From: Bdellovibrionales bacterium
GTDB lineage: Bacteria > Bdellovibrionota > Bdellovibrionia > Bdellovibrionales > UBA1609
Assembly (NCBI GenBank): GCA_041690295.1
Contig: JAWLHR010000012.1
Span: 31,931-95,930 of the forward strand
Reading direction: 5' to 3'
Length of the DNA stretch: 64,000 nt
A program made the position numbers and the translations under genes. This document shows positions 46,177 through 55,613 of this stretch, one piece after another. The notes under the pieces were generated by a model. That model had not been told where the DNA came from. It ran no database searches and worked only from the letters and a program-made list of their open reading frames with translations. Positions within the stretch are counted from its first letter, which is position 1, and the number at the start of each line of letters is the position of its first letter.

Positions 46177-47390
46177 GTTGTCCCCCAAAGATCGGATTGT
46201 AGATTTACAACTTTGGCCATGGAACCGTTCTCATTCCATTTTAAATCTTTAAACTGCGGCCGGGCCGTCACGATAACATATAGCCGACAATCATGCGGCA
46301 CCTCTCTAAGGCTCGCGCAATGTTGCAAACACTCGGTGAGCCCTTCAAGCGGCTTACCATTCATGACGGGATCAAACCCATAAACTTCAAAATCGTGCGC
46401 CTTTAATCGTCGCGCTAGTCGCTCGGCCGGAGATCGTCTTACTGTATCCACATCCGGCTTGTAACTGTATCCGGCGAGAAGAACCTTTCTCGGCGATAAA
46501 TTTAAATCCAGGATTTTACTTACAATGACGTCATCAACATTTTCGTTAACCATAAGGACGGCGTTAACCAGCGGTGTAGGGACATCCAGCTGTTGGCCAA
46601 GTTTTTGAATCACCCTCAAATCCCGAGGTAAGGTGCCACCGGCAAATCCGAGGCCTGGCTTCACGTAAGCCAAGGGACCAATCCGTTTATCCGCCTTAAG
46701 AGCCTCAGCGACAAATCCATGATCCACTCCGAATTTCTCGCCGATTCTCGCGACTTCATTGGCGAAAGATATGCTCATCGCCAAGAACGTGTTTGTCGCA
46801 TGTTTCACCATTTCCGCCGTCGCCAGGTTTGTTCTATAAAACTGCGTCTCAAATCGTCCCATCAGAGCCTGAATTCGATCACCGTATGCGGGTTCATCAG
46901 CCCCAATGACCGTCCGATCGGCACGAAAAAATGTTTCAATGCCCTGACCAAGTCTTAAATTCTCAGGAATGTACACCACCGGTGTCCCGTAACGTTGATT
47001 GAGTTCACGACAAAACCCCAGCGGAACCTGACTGCTCACCGCTAAAATCTCAGGCCTTTCGCCTGTGGTAAATCCCTCATCCAATATTTCAAAGAGTACT
47101 TGCGTGTTTGGCCGATCCTGATCGTCCACCGGTGTGTCGGCGGCAAGCCACCAAACTGGCGCTCGCCAACCCGTCCAATCCCCAGTGTGAAATAATAATT
47201 CTCTGTTCGACCCAAGCTCATTGAGTTCCTCAAACCCAGGTTCAACGATCGGGCACGGCGGAAGCCCCGGTTGAAGTTCCGACCCTCTCCGCAGTTTCAA
47301 AACAGTACGGACCTCACCTTTACTGAAACTCACGGCCGTACAAAAAGCCAAATGCCAGTCCCCGATCACCGCCAGCTGAAACTCAGTCAC
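46167..47390 (-). CDS. UDP-glucose/GDP-mannose dehydrogenase-family protein with degenerate active site (LmbL-like)
   Basis: PENLRLG, EMVKHATN, YKPDVDTVRRS retained; GFAGGT replaces GFGGSC. Confidence 0.85.
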   Translation of the reverse strand: MTEFQLAVIGDWHLAFCTAVSFSKGEVRTVLKLRRGSELQPGLPPCPIVEPGFEELNELGSNRELLFHTGDWTGWRAPVWWLAADTPVDDQDRPNTQVLFEILDEGFTTGERPEILAVSSQVPLGFCRELNQRYGTPVVYIPENLRLGQGIETFFRADRTVIGADEPAYGDRIQALMGRFETQFYRTNLATAEMVKHATNTFLAMSISFANEVARIGEKFGVDHGFVAEALKADKRIGPLAYVKPGLGFAGGTLPRDLRVIQKLGQQLDVPTPLVNAVLMVNENVDDVIVSKILDLNLSPRKVLLAGYSYKPDVDTVRRSPAERLARRLKAHDFEVYGFDPVMNGKPLEGLTECLQHCASLREVPHDCRLYVIVTARPQFKDLKWNENGSMAKVVNLQSDLWGTTWN

Positions 47391-48363
47391 GAAGCACCAC
47401 CTGCGCGCCTAGGCGATCAAAATTAAAGGGCACGTCAACAAGACCAGCTTCGCGCATTGTTTTTCGCAATCGACGTTTATCGTCAGCCAGAAACATCAAA
47501 AATCCGCCTCCACCGGCGCCAATAAGCTTTCCGCCAAGGGCACCGTTTTTCATGGCCAAATCGTACCACTCGTCAATTTTTCCGTTGCTCATGGATTTCG
47601 AGCGTGTTCGTTTATGTTCCCAATGAACGTTCATTAACCGGCCGAACTCATCAATCCGGCCGGTTTCAAGCGCCTTTCCAATCTCGATTCCCAATTCTTT
47701 GGTGAAATGGAGATTGTCGATCATTTTGGAATCATCTTTCTTAGTGGCCGAATCCTGTTCCTGTAAAATGTTGGATGCGCTTCGTGAGTAGCCGGTGAAA
47801 AACAAAAGAAGGTGCTCTTCCAGATCAATGCGATCCGCCTCCGCCATTTGCATGGGTTCAGCACTGACCTTTCCGTCCATGGAAATCGTAAAACGGGTTA
47901 ATCCGCCCACCGCTGAAATGTACTGATCCTGTTTTCCGACCGGAGAATTTAACCGGTTAATTTCTATCTCACAGGCTTTTTCCGCCAGACTCATAGCATC
48001 GTGTCTGACTCCGGAATAGGTATAAAGCGCCTTCAATAAGGCCACGGTGAATGTACCTGAAGATCCCAGTCCAGTTCCCGCCGGAATGTCCGCGAAACTT
48101 GAAATTTCAATTCCGTTGCCGATGTCCACTTCGCGCAAGCATTCGCGAACCAGTGGATGTTTAATTTCGTCAATTTTTAGAACGCGCTCCATTTCCGAGT
48201 ATTTGATGATGAAATCGGGCACGAAAATCTTATGTAGCGAAATGTAAATGTACTTATTGATGGCGGCACTTATGAAAGTCGCGCCGAACTGTGAATAATA
48301 GGAAGGCAGGTCCGTACCACCACCACCGATGGAAATTCGTAAAGGTGCTTTTACGATTAACAT
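47383..48363 (-). CDS. GHMP sugar-phosphate kinase (HddA/LmbP-like)
   Basis: PLRISIGGGGTD, PAGTGLGSSG, GKQDQY, GGKLIGAGGGGF. Confidence 0.93.
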   Translation of the reverse strand: MLIVKAPLRISIGGGGTDLPSYYSQFGATFISAAINKYIYISLHKIFVPDFIIKYSEMERVLKIDEIKHPLVRECLREVDIGNGIEISSFADIPAGTGLGSSGTFTVALLKALYTYSGVRHDAMSLAEKACEIEINRLNSPVGKQDQYISAVGGLTRFTISMDGKVSAEPMQMAEADRIDLEEHLLLFFTGYSRSASNILQEQDSATKKDDSKMIDNLHFTKELGIEIGKALETGRIDEFGRLMNVHWEHKRTRSKSMSNGKIDEWYDLAMKNGALGGKLIGAGGGGFLMFLADDKRRLRKTMREAGLVDVPFNFDRLGAQVVLRD

Positions 48364-49349
48364 GGAACCTCCTGACCGGATTGGCGATAGGTTTCATAAA
48401 CCACCCGCATCGCCTCATAGGCGTCACTTAACGACGCTTCGGGCTTCCGTTGTAACTGAACATCCTTTTGAAACTCCGCCCACTCAAAAGCCCAGGAATC
48501 ATCCGGCCCCGGATACTCCCATGTTTGAGATTCAGGCGGTCCCATCTGCGGTAACATTTTATGGTAGGTCAATCGCTCAACGCCATAGCTGCCACCAAGT
48601 CCACTCACATCCAACTTCGCTTTTTTAAAGTAAATTTCGAAGCTGAACATGTTCTTCCACTCCGTACAGCTCACCTGTAAGAATGCGGCCTGGTCCTCTT
48701 TGTTACGTAATAGCAGAAAACCGTTATCCTCAACCGGCATATCCCAGAAATAACGGTGCGACCAACCTTGTACCTTATCTATTTCCCCTAAGAATTGTCG
48801 GGAGAGATCGATCATATGAACGCCCTGATCAATCAACTCCCCGCCGCCGGAGAGTTCCGGTTTCGCCCGCCACTCATTCTCCATGCCCAATCGCCCACCA
48901 TGTCCATAGCGCCCGCGAATAAACATTAAAGGTCCAAACTCTTCCGTTTTCTGTAGCTCACGAATCTTTCTAAATGCCGGATGGTAACGATGGTTGAATC
49001 CCACACGCACAATGGCTCTCTTCTGTTCCGCAAGATCAAGTACCGATTTTAATTCTCCTGGATTTCGCGCTGCCGGTTTCTCCACTAGAACAGCAAGGCC
49101 ACACTCGATCGCCGCTTTCGTAATGGTTGGGAGCAGGTGATGGGGCGTGGCCACGATCACCGCGTTCAATCCCGGATGATTTAGAGCCTGGCGCCAATCT
49201 TCATAAATTTGCGCCGTAGTGTGGGCCTCCGAATTCAATGTTTCCGCGCGCTTTCGGTCCTGATCACAAATGGCGACCAGCTGGCTATCCCCTAAAGCCT
49301 TAGCCCGTTTTTTTCCTATCAATCCGCAACCAATGATAGCGACGTTCAT
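48357..49349 (-). CDS. Gfo/Idh/MocA oxidoreductase (LmbZ-like)
   Basis: GCGLIG, VEKP, GFNHRY, GGGELIDQGVH. Confidence 0.92.
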   Translation of the reverse strand: MNVAIIGCGLIGKKRAKALGDSQLVAICDQDRKRAETLNSEAHTTAQIYEDWRQALNHPGLNAVIVATPHHLLPTITKAAIECGLAVLVEKPAARNPGELKSVLDLAEQKRAIVRVGFNHRYHPAFRKIRELQKTEEFGPLMFIRGRYGHGGRLGMENEWRAKPELSGGGELIDQGVHMIDLSRQFLGEIDKVQGWSHRYFWDMPVEDNGFLLLRNKEDQAAFLQVSCTEWKNMFSFEIYFKKAKLDVSGLGGSYGVERLTYHKMLPQMGPPESQTWEYPGPDDSWAFEWAEFQKDVQLQRKPEASLSDAYEAMRVVYETYRQSGQEVPC

Positions 49350-50296
49350 TCGAGCAACCACTCATTCGACAATAAATATTTGACGGTATCTTTTACGCTC
49401 TCCGAAATGTCATAGCGGGGCCTATAGCCGTGCTCCGTGATTTTTTTGATATCAAGATGGATATGCGGTGAATCTCCAACCCACCCACGTTTTCCACCCG
49501 CGAACCGTAACTCCGGCATAAGCTCCAGGGTCTCACAAATCCAGCCAATGGAATCACGCACGGTACAAGATGCATCCAGACCCAAATTAAAAATGTTCAC
49601 CGCTTCACGCCCGTTCTGAATTCCCGTCAAAACGCCAGCCACGCAGTCATGAACATGCATATAGGATTTTCTTTGATATCCGTCGCCTAGAACATCCAGA
49701 TATTCGGGATGCTTACGAAGCTGTTTCACAAAATCAATCACATGACCATGGGAGTAACGAGGGCCGAGGCAGGAAACAAATCGGAAGATATACGACTGGA
49801 TCCCAAAACCATGGGAGTAAGCCGAAATCATGCCTTCGGCGGCAAGCTTCGATGCTCCATAAAGTGAAGTTTGAATGGGAAATGGTGCTGTTTCTGGAGT
49901 CGGAAAAATTTCGGGCTCGCCATAAATGGAGCCCGTGGAGGCAAATGCGATTTTTTTGACCCCATTTAAACGACACGCTTCAAGCACCTGCCAGGTCACA
50001 ATGGTGTTTTGCTCAAGATCTCGGCGAGGATGCTGAGTTCCGAATCGCACATCCGCATTGGCAGACATATGAAGGACACAGTCCACACCTTTAAAATGGG
50101 GGATAATCGACTCACCTTCCGTAAAAAGATCGCATTTGATGAATTCGAACCGAGGATTCGATTGCGCTTGTCGCAGGTTCTCTTCAAAACCCGTGGAGAG
50201 ATTATCGAGAACACGAACATCATGGCCTTCCTGCAGTAAAGCATCAACCAGATGGCTACCTATAAAACCCGCGCCGCCCGTCACTAAATATCTCAT
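49346..50296 (-). CDS. NAD-dependent NDP-sugar epimerase (extended SDR; LmbM/GalE-like)
   Basis: TGGAGFIGSH, STGSIYG, YGASK. Confidence 0.93.
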   Translation of the reverse strand: MRYLVTGGAGFIGSHLVDALLQEGHDVRVLDNLSTGFEENLRQAQSNPRFEFIKCDLFTEGESIIPHFKGVDCVLHMSANADVRFGTQHPRRDLEQNTIVTWQVLEACRLNGVKKIAFASTGSIYGEPEIFPTPETAPFPIQTSLYGASKLAAEGMISAYSHGFGIQSYIFRFVSCLGPRYSHGHVIDFVKQLRKHPEYLDVLGDGYQRKSYMHVHDCVAGVLTGIQNGREAVNIFNLGLDASCTVRDSIGWICETLELMPELRFAGGKRGWVGDSPHIHLDIKKITEHGYRPRYDISESVKDTVKYLLSNEWLLE

Positions 50297-50316
50297 TTCA
50301 AACTCCAAGTTTGGGC

Positions 50317-50345
50317 ATGGTAAGGAGGGACCTAATGAGTGTCAA
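50317..50345 (-). promoter_or_regulatory. Sigma70-type promoter of the leftward sugar-modification operon
   Basis: Minus strand TTGACA-17 nt-TACCAT, then GGAG RBS before ATG at 50296. Confidence 0.65.
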
Positions 50346-50408
50346 TTTCGCTTAGCGTTATTACTCGCTCATGACAGGCGGTGGTTCTCGAGATTAGAGT
50401 CCTCATCC

Positions 50409-51338
50409 ATGTATTTATCTGTTGTAGTGCCCGTATATAAGGAAGCACGTAACATCGAGGAATTTTTACGACGACTGGTACCGATCATTGAACCGGTCAC
50501 CTCGAAATTTGAAGTGATCTTTGCCATGGATCCCTCGCCTGATGATACGGAATTGGTGTTGGAGAAAGCCAATTCGTCGGACCCAAGAGTTCGTTACCTT
50601 AAATTCTCTAAACGCGTCGGACAACCCATGGCCACAATTGCCGGCATGGAACATTCTAAAGGCGACGCCGTAGTTGTCATGGACGTCGACTTACAAGATC
50701 CACCTGAACTCATCTTGGAGATGCTTGATAAATACAAGCAAGGCTACGACGTGGTTTACGCCCAAAGACTGAGTCGTAAAGGCGAGACTCTGATGAAGCG
50801 CTTGGTCTCTTGGTTGGGTTATAAATTCATCAATCGGATTAGCGATGTGGATATTCCGCCGAATACGGGCGATTTTCGGCTGATGTCTCGAAGGGTGGTT
50901 GATCATGTGGTCTCACTCAAAGAGTCCCACGGCTTTTTACGAGGACTCGTGGCGTTGGTTGGTTTTAATCAAACCGCTGTGCAATTTGAGCGTCCCGCTC
51001 GATTTTCAGGAAAAGGTAATTATAACCGTTGGTTCGGCTCTCTCGTCATCGGCATGAACGGTGTGGTTTGCTTTTCAAATTTCCTATTAAAGCTTTCCTC
51101 CACCTTCGGCTTTATCGTCGCGTTCGGTGCGTTTTTAATGGCAATTATTTACTTTCTCGCCAAACTTCGCGGAGTTCCCTTCCCGCTGGGCAATCCCACA
51201 ATTGTGATTCTGGTTTTATTTCTTGGCGGCGTACAGTTGATGAGCATAGGCATTTTAGGGGAATACATCGGTCGTATTTATGATGAAGTCAAAGAACGAC
51301 CGAAATACATCCTCGATAAAAAAGTGGGTTTTGACTGA
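50409..51338 (+). CDS. GT2 polyprenyl-phosphate glycosyltransferase (GtrB/ArnC-like)
   Basis: SVVVPVY, MDVDLQDPPE, GDFRLMSR, two C-terminal TM helices, GEYIGRIYDEVKERP. Confidence 0.93.
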   Translation: MYLSVVVPVYKEARNIEEFLRRLVPIIEPVTSKFEVIFAMDPSPDDTELVLEKANSSDPRVRYLKFSKRVGQPMATIAGMEHSKGDAVVVMDVDLQDPPELILEMLDKYKQGYDVVYAQRLSRKGETLMKRLVSWLGYKFINRISDVDIPPNTGDFRLMSRRVVDHVVSLKESHGFLRGLVALVGFNQTAVQFERPARFSGKGNYNRWFGSLVIGMNGVVCFSNFLLKLSSTFGFIVAFGAFLMAIIYFLAKLRGVPFPLGNPTIVILVLFLGGVQLMSIGILGEYIGRIYDEVKERPKYILDKKVGFD

Positions 51339-52051
51339 TGCTTCAGTGCGTGGTTCTGGCCGGCGGTCTCGGTACGCGAATGGGCCCGCTCACTCGCCAT
51401 CGCCCTAAAGCTCTCATCCCTATCCTGGGAAAGCCCTTCCTCCAATATCAAATGGAATGGCTGGCCCGTAGCGGAGTCACACATCTGACGTTTTCCATTG
51501 GCCATCTTGGCGAACAAATCGAAGCGTTCGTGAAGTCTAATCCGATCCCGGAACTGACGGTTGATTTCGTTTATGAGGGAAAAGAACTCCTCGGCACCGG
51601 CGGGGCACTAAGGCATGCTTTCGACCAAGGCCGACTTCATGAGGCGTTTGTTTTAGTTTATGGCGACTCTTATTTGCCGCTCAACGTGAGCCAGGTGTTT
51701 AAACATTTTCAAAATCAAAATCAACCGGCCCTGATGACTGTTTTTAAGAACAATGGTCGGTTCGACCGAAGCAACTGCCATTTTGAAGATGGCCAGGTTG
51801 AGTTCTATAGCAAGACTAAGACTTATTCAAAACCACTTATCTATATCGATTATGGCCTCAGCGTCATAAAGCGGCACCTTATAGAAGATAGGTTTCAGCC
51901 GGGCGAAAAAGCGGACCTGGCTACGCTCTTTGAGCATCTGAGCCAAGAAGGCCAGTTGGCGGGATACGAAGTCTTTGAACGTTTTTATGAAATCGGCTCT
52001 CCCCAGGGCCTTGAGGAATTCACTGCTTTCGCTAAGTGTCATTTGACCTGA
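51338..52051 (+). CDS. Sugar-1-phosphate nucleotidyltransferase (HddC/LmbO-like)
   Basis: LAGGLGTRM…PKAL, GTGGAL, YGDSY, FYEIGS. Confidence 0.92.
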   Translation: MLQCVVLAGGLGTRMGPLTRHRPKALIPILGKPFLQYQMEWLARSGVTHLTFSIGHLGEQIEAFVKSNPIPELTVDFVYEGKELLGTGGALRHAFDQGRLHEAFVLVYGDSYLPLNVSQVFKHFQNQNQPALMTVFKNNGRFDRSNCHFEDGQVEFYSKTKTYSKPLIYIDYGLSVIKRHLIEDRFQPGEKADLATLFEHLSQEGQLAGYEVFERFYEIGSPQGLEEFTAFAKCHLT

Positions 52052-52095
52052 ATTCGGGCCATTGTTAGCTTAGCGCCCAATCTAAGGAGTACCCC

Positions 52096-52815
52096 GTGAA
52101 AGAATTTACGTCGCGTTTGAAAGTGGAGCTATTCGCCGATGGCGCTGACCTTAAAGAAATGATTCAGTGCTATAAACAAGGTTGGGTCAAAGGTTTCACT
52201 ACCAATCCCACGCTCATGGCAAAGGCGGGAATTCGGGATTACGAAAATTTCGCGCGTGAAGTTCTACAATCCATCACGGACCTCCCCGTATCGTTCGAAG
52301 TTTTTTCTGATGAATTCAATGAAATGGAAGAGCAGGCTCTAAAAATCGCAAGTCTGGGCCCAAATGCCAACGTGAAAATCCCAATCACTAACACACGAGG
52401 CGAATCGAGCCTGCCATTGATCGATCGATTGCTTGATCGTGGTTTGATGGTGAACGTGACGGCGATTTTGACTGAATCCCAGATTCGAGGTCTTCGGGAG
52501 ATCGTAAAACCTCAGCACAAGGTGATCGTCTCCATATTTGCCGGTCGGATCGCGGATACGGGACTTGATCCCATGCCTATTATGCGCGATGCCGTCGACC
52601 TTTATAAAGACGTTCCCGGAGCGCGAATTCTCTGGGCCTCTCCTCGCGAGGTTTTGAACATTTACCAAGCCGATCAGACGGGAACCCATATCATCACGGT
52701 TCCGCCGTCATTGCTGTCCAAACTGCCCTTGATGGGAAAAGATCTGGAACAGTACTCACTTGAAACGGTTAAAATGTTCCGCGACGACGCGGTTAAATCG
52801 GGGTTTACGCTTTGA
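52096..52815 (+). CDS. Transaldolase-family protein (LmbR-like position in the cluster)
   Basis: ADGAD, GFTTNPTL, VKIP (Schiff-base Lys), NVT, SIFAGRIAD. Confidence 0.93.
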   Translation: MKEFTSRLKVELFADGADLKEMIQCYKQGWVKGFTTNPTLMAKAGIRDYENFAREVLQSITDLPVSFEVFSDEFNEMEEQALKIASLGPNANVKIPITNTRGESSLPLIDRLLDRGLMVNVTAILTESQIRGLREIVKPQHKVIVSIFAGRIADTGLDPMPIMRDAVDLYKDVPGARILWASPREVLNIYQADQTGTHIITVPPSLLSKLPLMGKDLEQYSLETVKMFRDDAVKSGFTL

Positions 52816-53381
52816 TTATTCTCGATCGCGACGGGGTCATCAATCGTTTGGTGATTGATCCCGAACAAGGGACTGTCAATTCACCCCTTCACCCCTCGCA
52901 AGTCGAGCTTATACCGGGATCGCTGGAAGCTATTCGCAACCTGACAAAGGCTGGATTTAAGATCGCGATCGCTACCAACCAGCCGGCAGCAGCCAAGGGT
53001 ACGACAACGAAGGCCAATCTTGACGACGTTCACGCCTCAATTCTTGAGGCCATCGAATCCGCCGGGGGAAAAATTTCTTCTTCGCATATCTGCTTTCATC
53101 GCGCGGAAGACCATTGCCGCTGCCGAAAGCCGGCGACTGGCCTTTTAGAAGACGCATTAAAAGACGTTTCGCTAGAGCAACGCCGGAAATCTTGGATGGT
53201 GGGAGACGGTGTTACGGATATCGAAGCGGGAACACGGCTTGAGCTGAACACCGCCTATTTAGGTCCGAAACGCTGTGACCATTGCAAGTGTCTTGAAGAG
53301 CGAAATTTACACCCCAAAATCTTTGCCAATTTAAAGGCATTTTCTGACTGGTTATGCGAAAGGCGTGAGGAGTACCTATGA
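52812..53381 (+). CDS. HAD sugar-bisphosphate phosphatase (GmhB/LmbK-like)
   Basis: LDRDGVIN, TNQ, CFH…CRCRKP, MVGD. Confidence 0.92.
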   Translation: MIILDRDGVINRLVIDPEQGTVNSPLHPSQVELIPGSLEAIRNLTKAGFKIAIATNQPAAAKGTTTKANLDDVHASILEAIESAGGKISSSHICFHRAEDHCRCRKPATGLLEDALKDVSLEQRRKSWMVGDGVTDIEAGTRLELNTAYLGPKRCDHCKCLEERNLHPKIFANLKAFSDWLCERREEYL

Positions 53382-53977
53382 GTTTTACCGAGAAATTCTT
53401 GAATGAAAGCATGGAAGTGATCAAGTCGCTTCCGGTTGGAGAGATCGAAGCCATGGCTAACGGCTTGGCGAAACTCCGGGACATCGGTGGCCGTCTTTTT
53501 ATCTTGGGTGTCGGTGGATCGGCCGGCCACGCCAGTCATGCGGTCAACGACTTTAGAAAAATCTGTGGCATCGAGGCTTACACCCCCACGGATAATGTTT
53601 CTGAACTCACCGCCCGGGTGAATGACGAGGGCTGGGACACATCCTTTGTTGAGTGGCTTAAAGTTTCACGGCTCAACGAGCTGGACGCGGTTTTGGTATT
53701 TTCCGTCGGCGGCGGAAATCGCGAGAAAAATATTTCAGTTAACCTGGTGCGAGCGTTGGAATTCGCCAAGGAACGCAAAGCCGCTGTTTACGGAATTGTC
53801 GGCAAAGACGGCGGATTTACCAAACAAACCGCGACCGCCTGTGTCGTCATCCCACCGCTTTTTAATGACCACATCACCCCTCATACCGAAGGACTTTGCG
53901 CGGTCGTATGGCATCTTTTGGTCAGTCATCCCGCATTAAAAATCAAAGCCACGAAATGGGAATCAACCGTTGTTTGA
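53378..53977 (+). CDS. SIS-domain phosphosugar isomerase (GmhA/LmbN-like)
   Basis: GVGGSAGHASH, TARVND, FSVGGG, TPHTEG. Confidence 0.9.
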   Translation: MSFTEKFLNESMEVIKSLPVGEIEAMANGLAKLRDIGGRLFILGVGGSAGHASHAVNDFRKICGIEAYTPTDNVSELTARVNDEGWDTSFVEWLKVSRLNELDAVLVFSVGGGNREKNISVNLVRALEFAKERKAAVYGIVGKDGGFTKQTATACVVIPPLFNDHITPHTEGLCAVVWHLLVSHPALKIKATKWESTVV

Positions 53978-55613
53978 ACTAAAGAGCTTTTTTAAGCGCA
54001 ACTGGCAACGAGGTCTCAATCTTATTTTGGGCCTCATGCTGCTCTTTCAGTTTGCGGGGTATGTTTCTGTTTTCAGCGAGAATATCGACCCCCGCTCGAT
54101 CCTATCTTCTCGTGACGCTGACGCGTCCCACATTGTGGGCACGGCCGCGAAAACCCGGTGGTATAAGGACAACGGCGAGTCGGCCTATGGCCCGTTTTAT
54201 TATCGGGTCATTCATACTTTTGCATTCTTTGTAGGACGAGAGTTCGCTCGTGATGGATCAGCCGTCGAAAAAAATGAAATGGCCCATCACTTGGCGGCCA
54301 TGACTTTGTCGCTTGTTTCCATCTACGGAATGGCCTTTTTACTTTCCTCGTTGTTGATCGGGAATTTGGCCGGGCGCCTGGCGTTTTCGATGGTCGTTAC
54401 CGCACTCTTCCTGAGCCATCCAGTTTGGGCTAGTTTTGTTTTTCGCGCCCATCCTGATCATTTTTTCGCACTGGTTGTTCTTGCGGCGTTTCTGGCGACA
54501 GCTAAGGCCATTACGGAGAAAGAAAACGAGCTCGCGTTTAAGCTGGCCGCGCTATTGTGGGGCGCGGCCGGAATGGTCAAACTCTCCTTCGTAATATTTC
54601 TTCCGGCTTTAATGTTCTTATGGATGCCGCCCATTCGAAAGGATACTTTCCACAAGACCGTACGCTTTTATCTTTGGATGTTGCCAAGCTACCTGGCTCT
54701 GGGCTTTCCCCAAAGTTTTAATTTTCCGCGTTCGATTCGATTTCTGATCAACCAGAGTCAATACAGCCTCCCCGCCACAGCTGCGTCTGTGTCGAAGTGG
54801 ATTTCGGAACTCGGTTCCCAACTCTTATGGGTTGGGATCCTCGTACTCTCAATCGCCCTGGTTACAAAAAAGCCCGCCAATCGGCACGAAACGATCCGAT
54901 TGGCTGCCGTGATCCTAATCCCCCTCATCGTTCTGCTGAAGCAGAACTCCGAATATCAAACCGATTATTATCTTTTTCCAATAGTTGCAATGATACTTGC
55001 CTTGGCCGCTCAAACCGTCCGAGGACCCTACTTCCTTCGGGCTGAGAAATTCCAAAATCTGGTTTTGGCGGGTATTTCTCTTTTTACTTTTTTAAGTTTC
55101 GGATTTGTGCCTCTTACCATGGAGAGGGAAATGACCCCAACGCTCATTTGTCGTGAGGAGGCCCATAAGATCTATACTGAAGTTCACAAAATGGCCGATG
55201 AAGGAAAAATCGTCGTTGTCGATCCCTATGTGCCTTATGACCGTGGACGAGGCAGAGATCAAATTAAAGCCAGCTGGAGTAATCACTGGGATCGCGTGAG
55301 AGCGGAACAAGCGGACGCACTGGTGATCAACACGGACTATGCGGGCCGATTTTTGACCTCAGGCGAGCCCGCCCATGGAGTGAAAGTCGATGTGCCGGAG
55401 TGGCAAAAAGTACGAATATTTTATTCATCGTTAAAAAATGAAATCGCCCAGGACACAAATGGGCAAGTCTGGACAAAAGCAATGACAGTCAAATGTCCAT
55501 GGGAGATTTGGATTAAGGACGGCCAATCGCAGCTGCCAAGTGACCGCGCAAGAATGGAAAATTCAGATACGGATATAAGTGGCCAATCCGCCGTCCAAGC
55601 GGCGGAAAAATAG
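53970..55613 (+). CDS. Polytopic membrane protein, putative GT-C glycosyltransferase
   Basis: Acidic DADA loop after TM1, YGP, HPDH, K in a mid TM, about 10 TM helices plus a soluble C-terminal domain. Confidence 0.6.
   Translation: MFELKSFFKRNWQRGLNLILGLMLLFQFAGYVSVFSENIDPRSILSSRDADASHIVGTAAKTRWYKDNGESAYGPFYYRVIHTFAFFVGREFARDGSAVEKNEMAHHLAAMTLSLVSIYGMAFLLSSLLIGNLAGRLAFSMVVTALFLSHPVWASFVFRAHPDHFFALVVLAAFLATAKAITEKENELAFKLAALLWGAAGMVKLSFVIFLPALMFLWMPPIRKDTFHKTVRFYLWMLPSYLALGFPQSFNFPRSIRFLINQSQYSLPATAASVSKWISELGSQLLWVGILVLSIALVTKKPANRHETIRLAAVILIPLIVLLKQNSEYQTDYYLFPIVAMILALAAQTVRGPYFLRAEKFQNLVLAGISLFTFLSFGFVPLTMEREMTPTLICREEAHKIYTEVHKMADEGKIVVVDPYVPYDRGRGRDQIKASWSNHWDRVRAEQADALVINTDYAGRFLTSGEPAHGVKVDVPEWQKVRIFYSSLKNEIAQDTNGQVWTKAMTVKCPWEIWIKDGQSQLPSDRARMENSDTDISGQSAVQAAEK

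Noticed and set aside
46167..47390. Pseudogene call for the degenerate UDP-glucose dehydrogenase homologue
   Set aside because: Full-length ORF overlapping both neighbours, with other family motifs retained.
50136..50408. N-terminal extension of the GT2 ORF
   Set aside because: Overlaps the divergent epimerase and its promoter; the family motif starts at ATG 50409.
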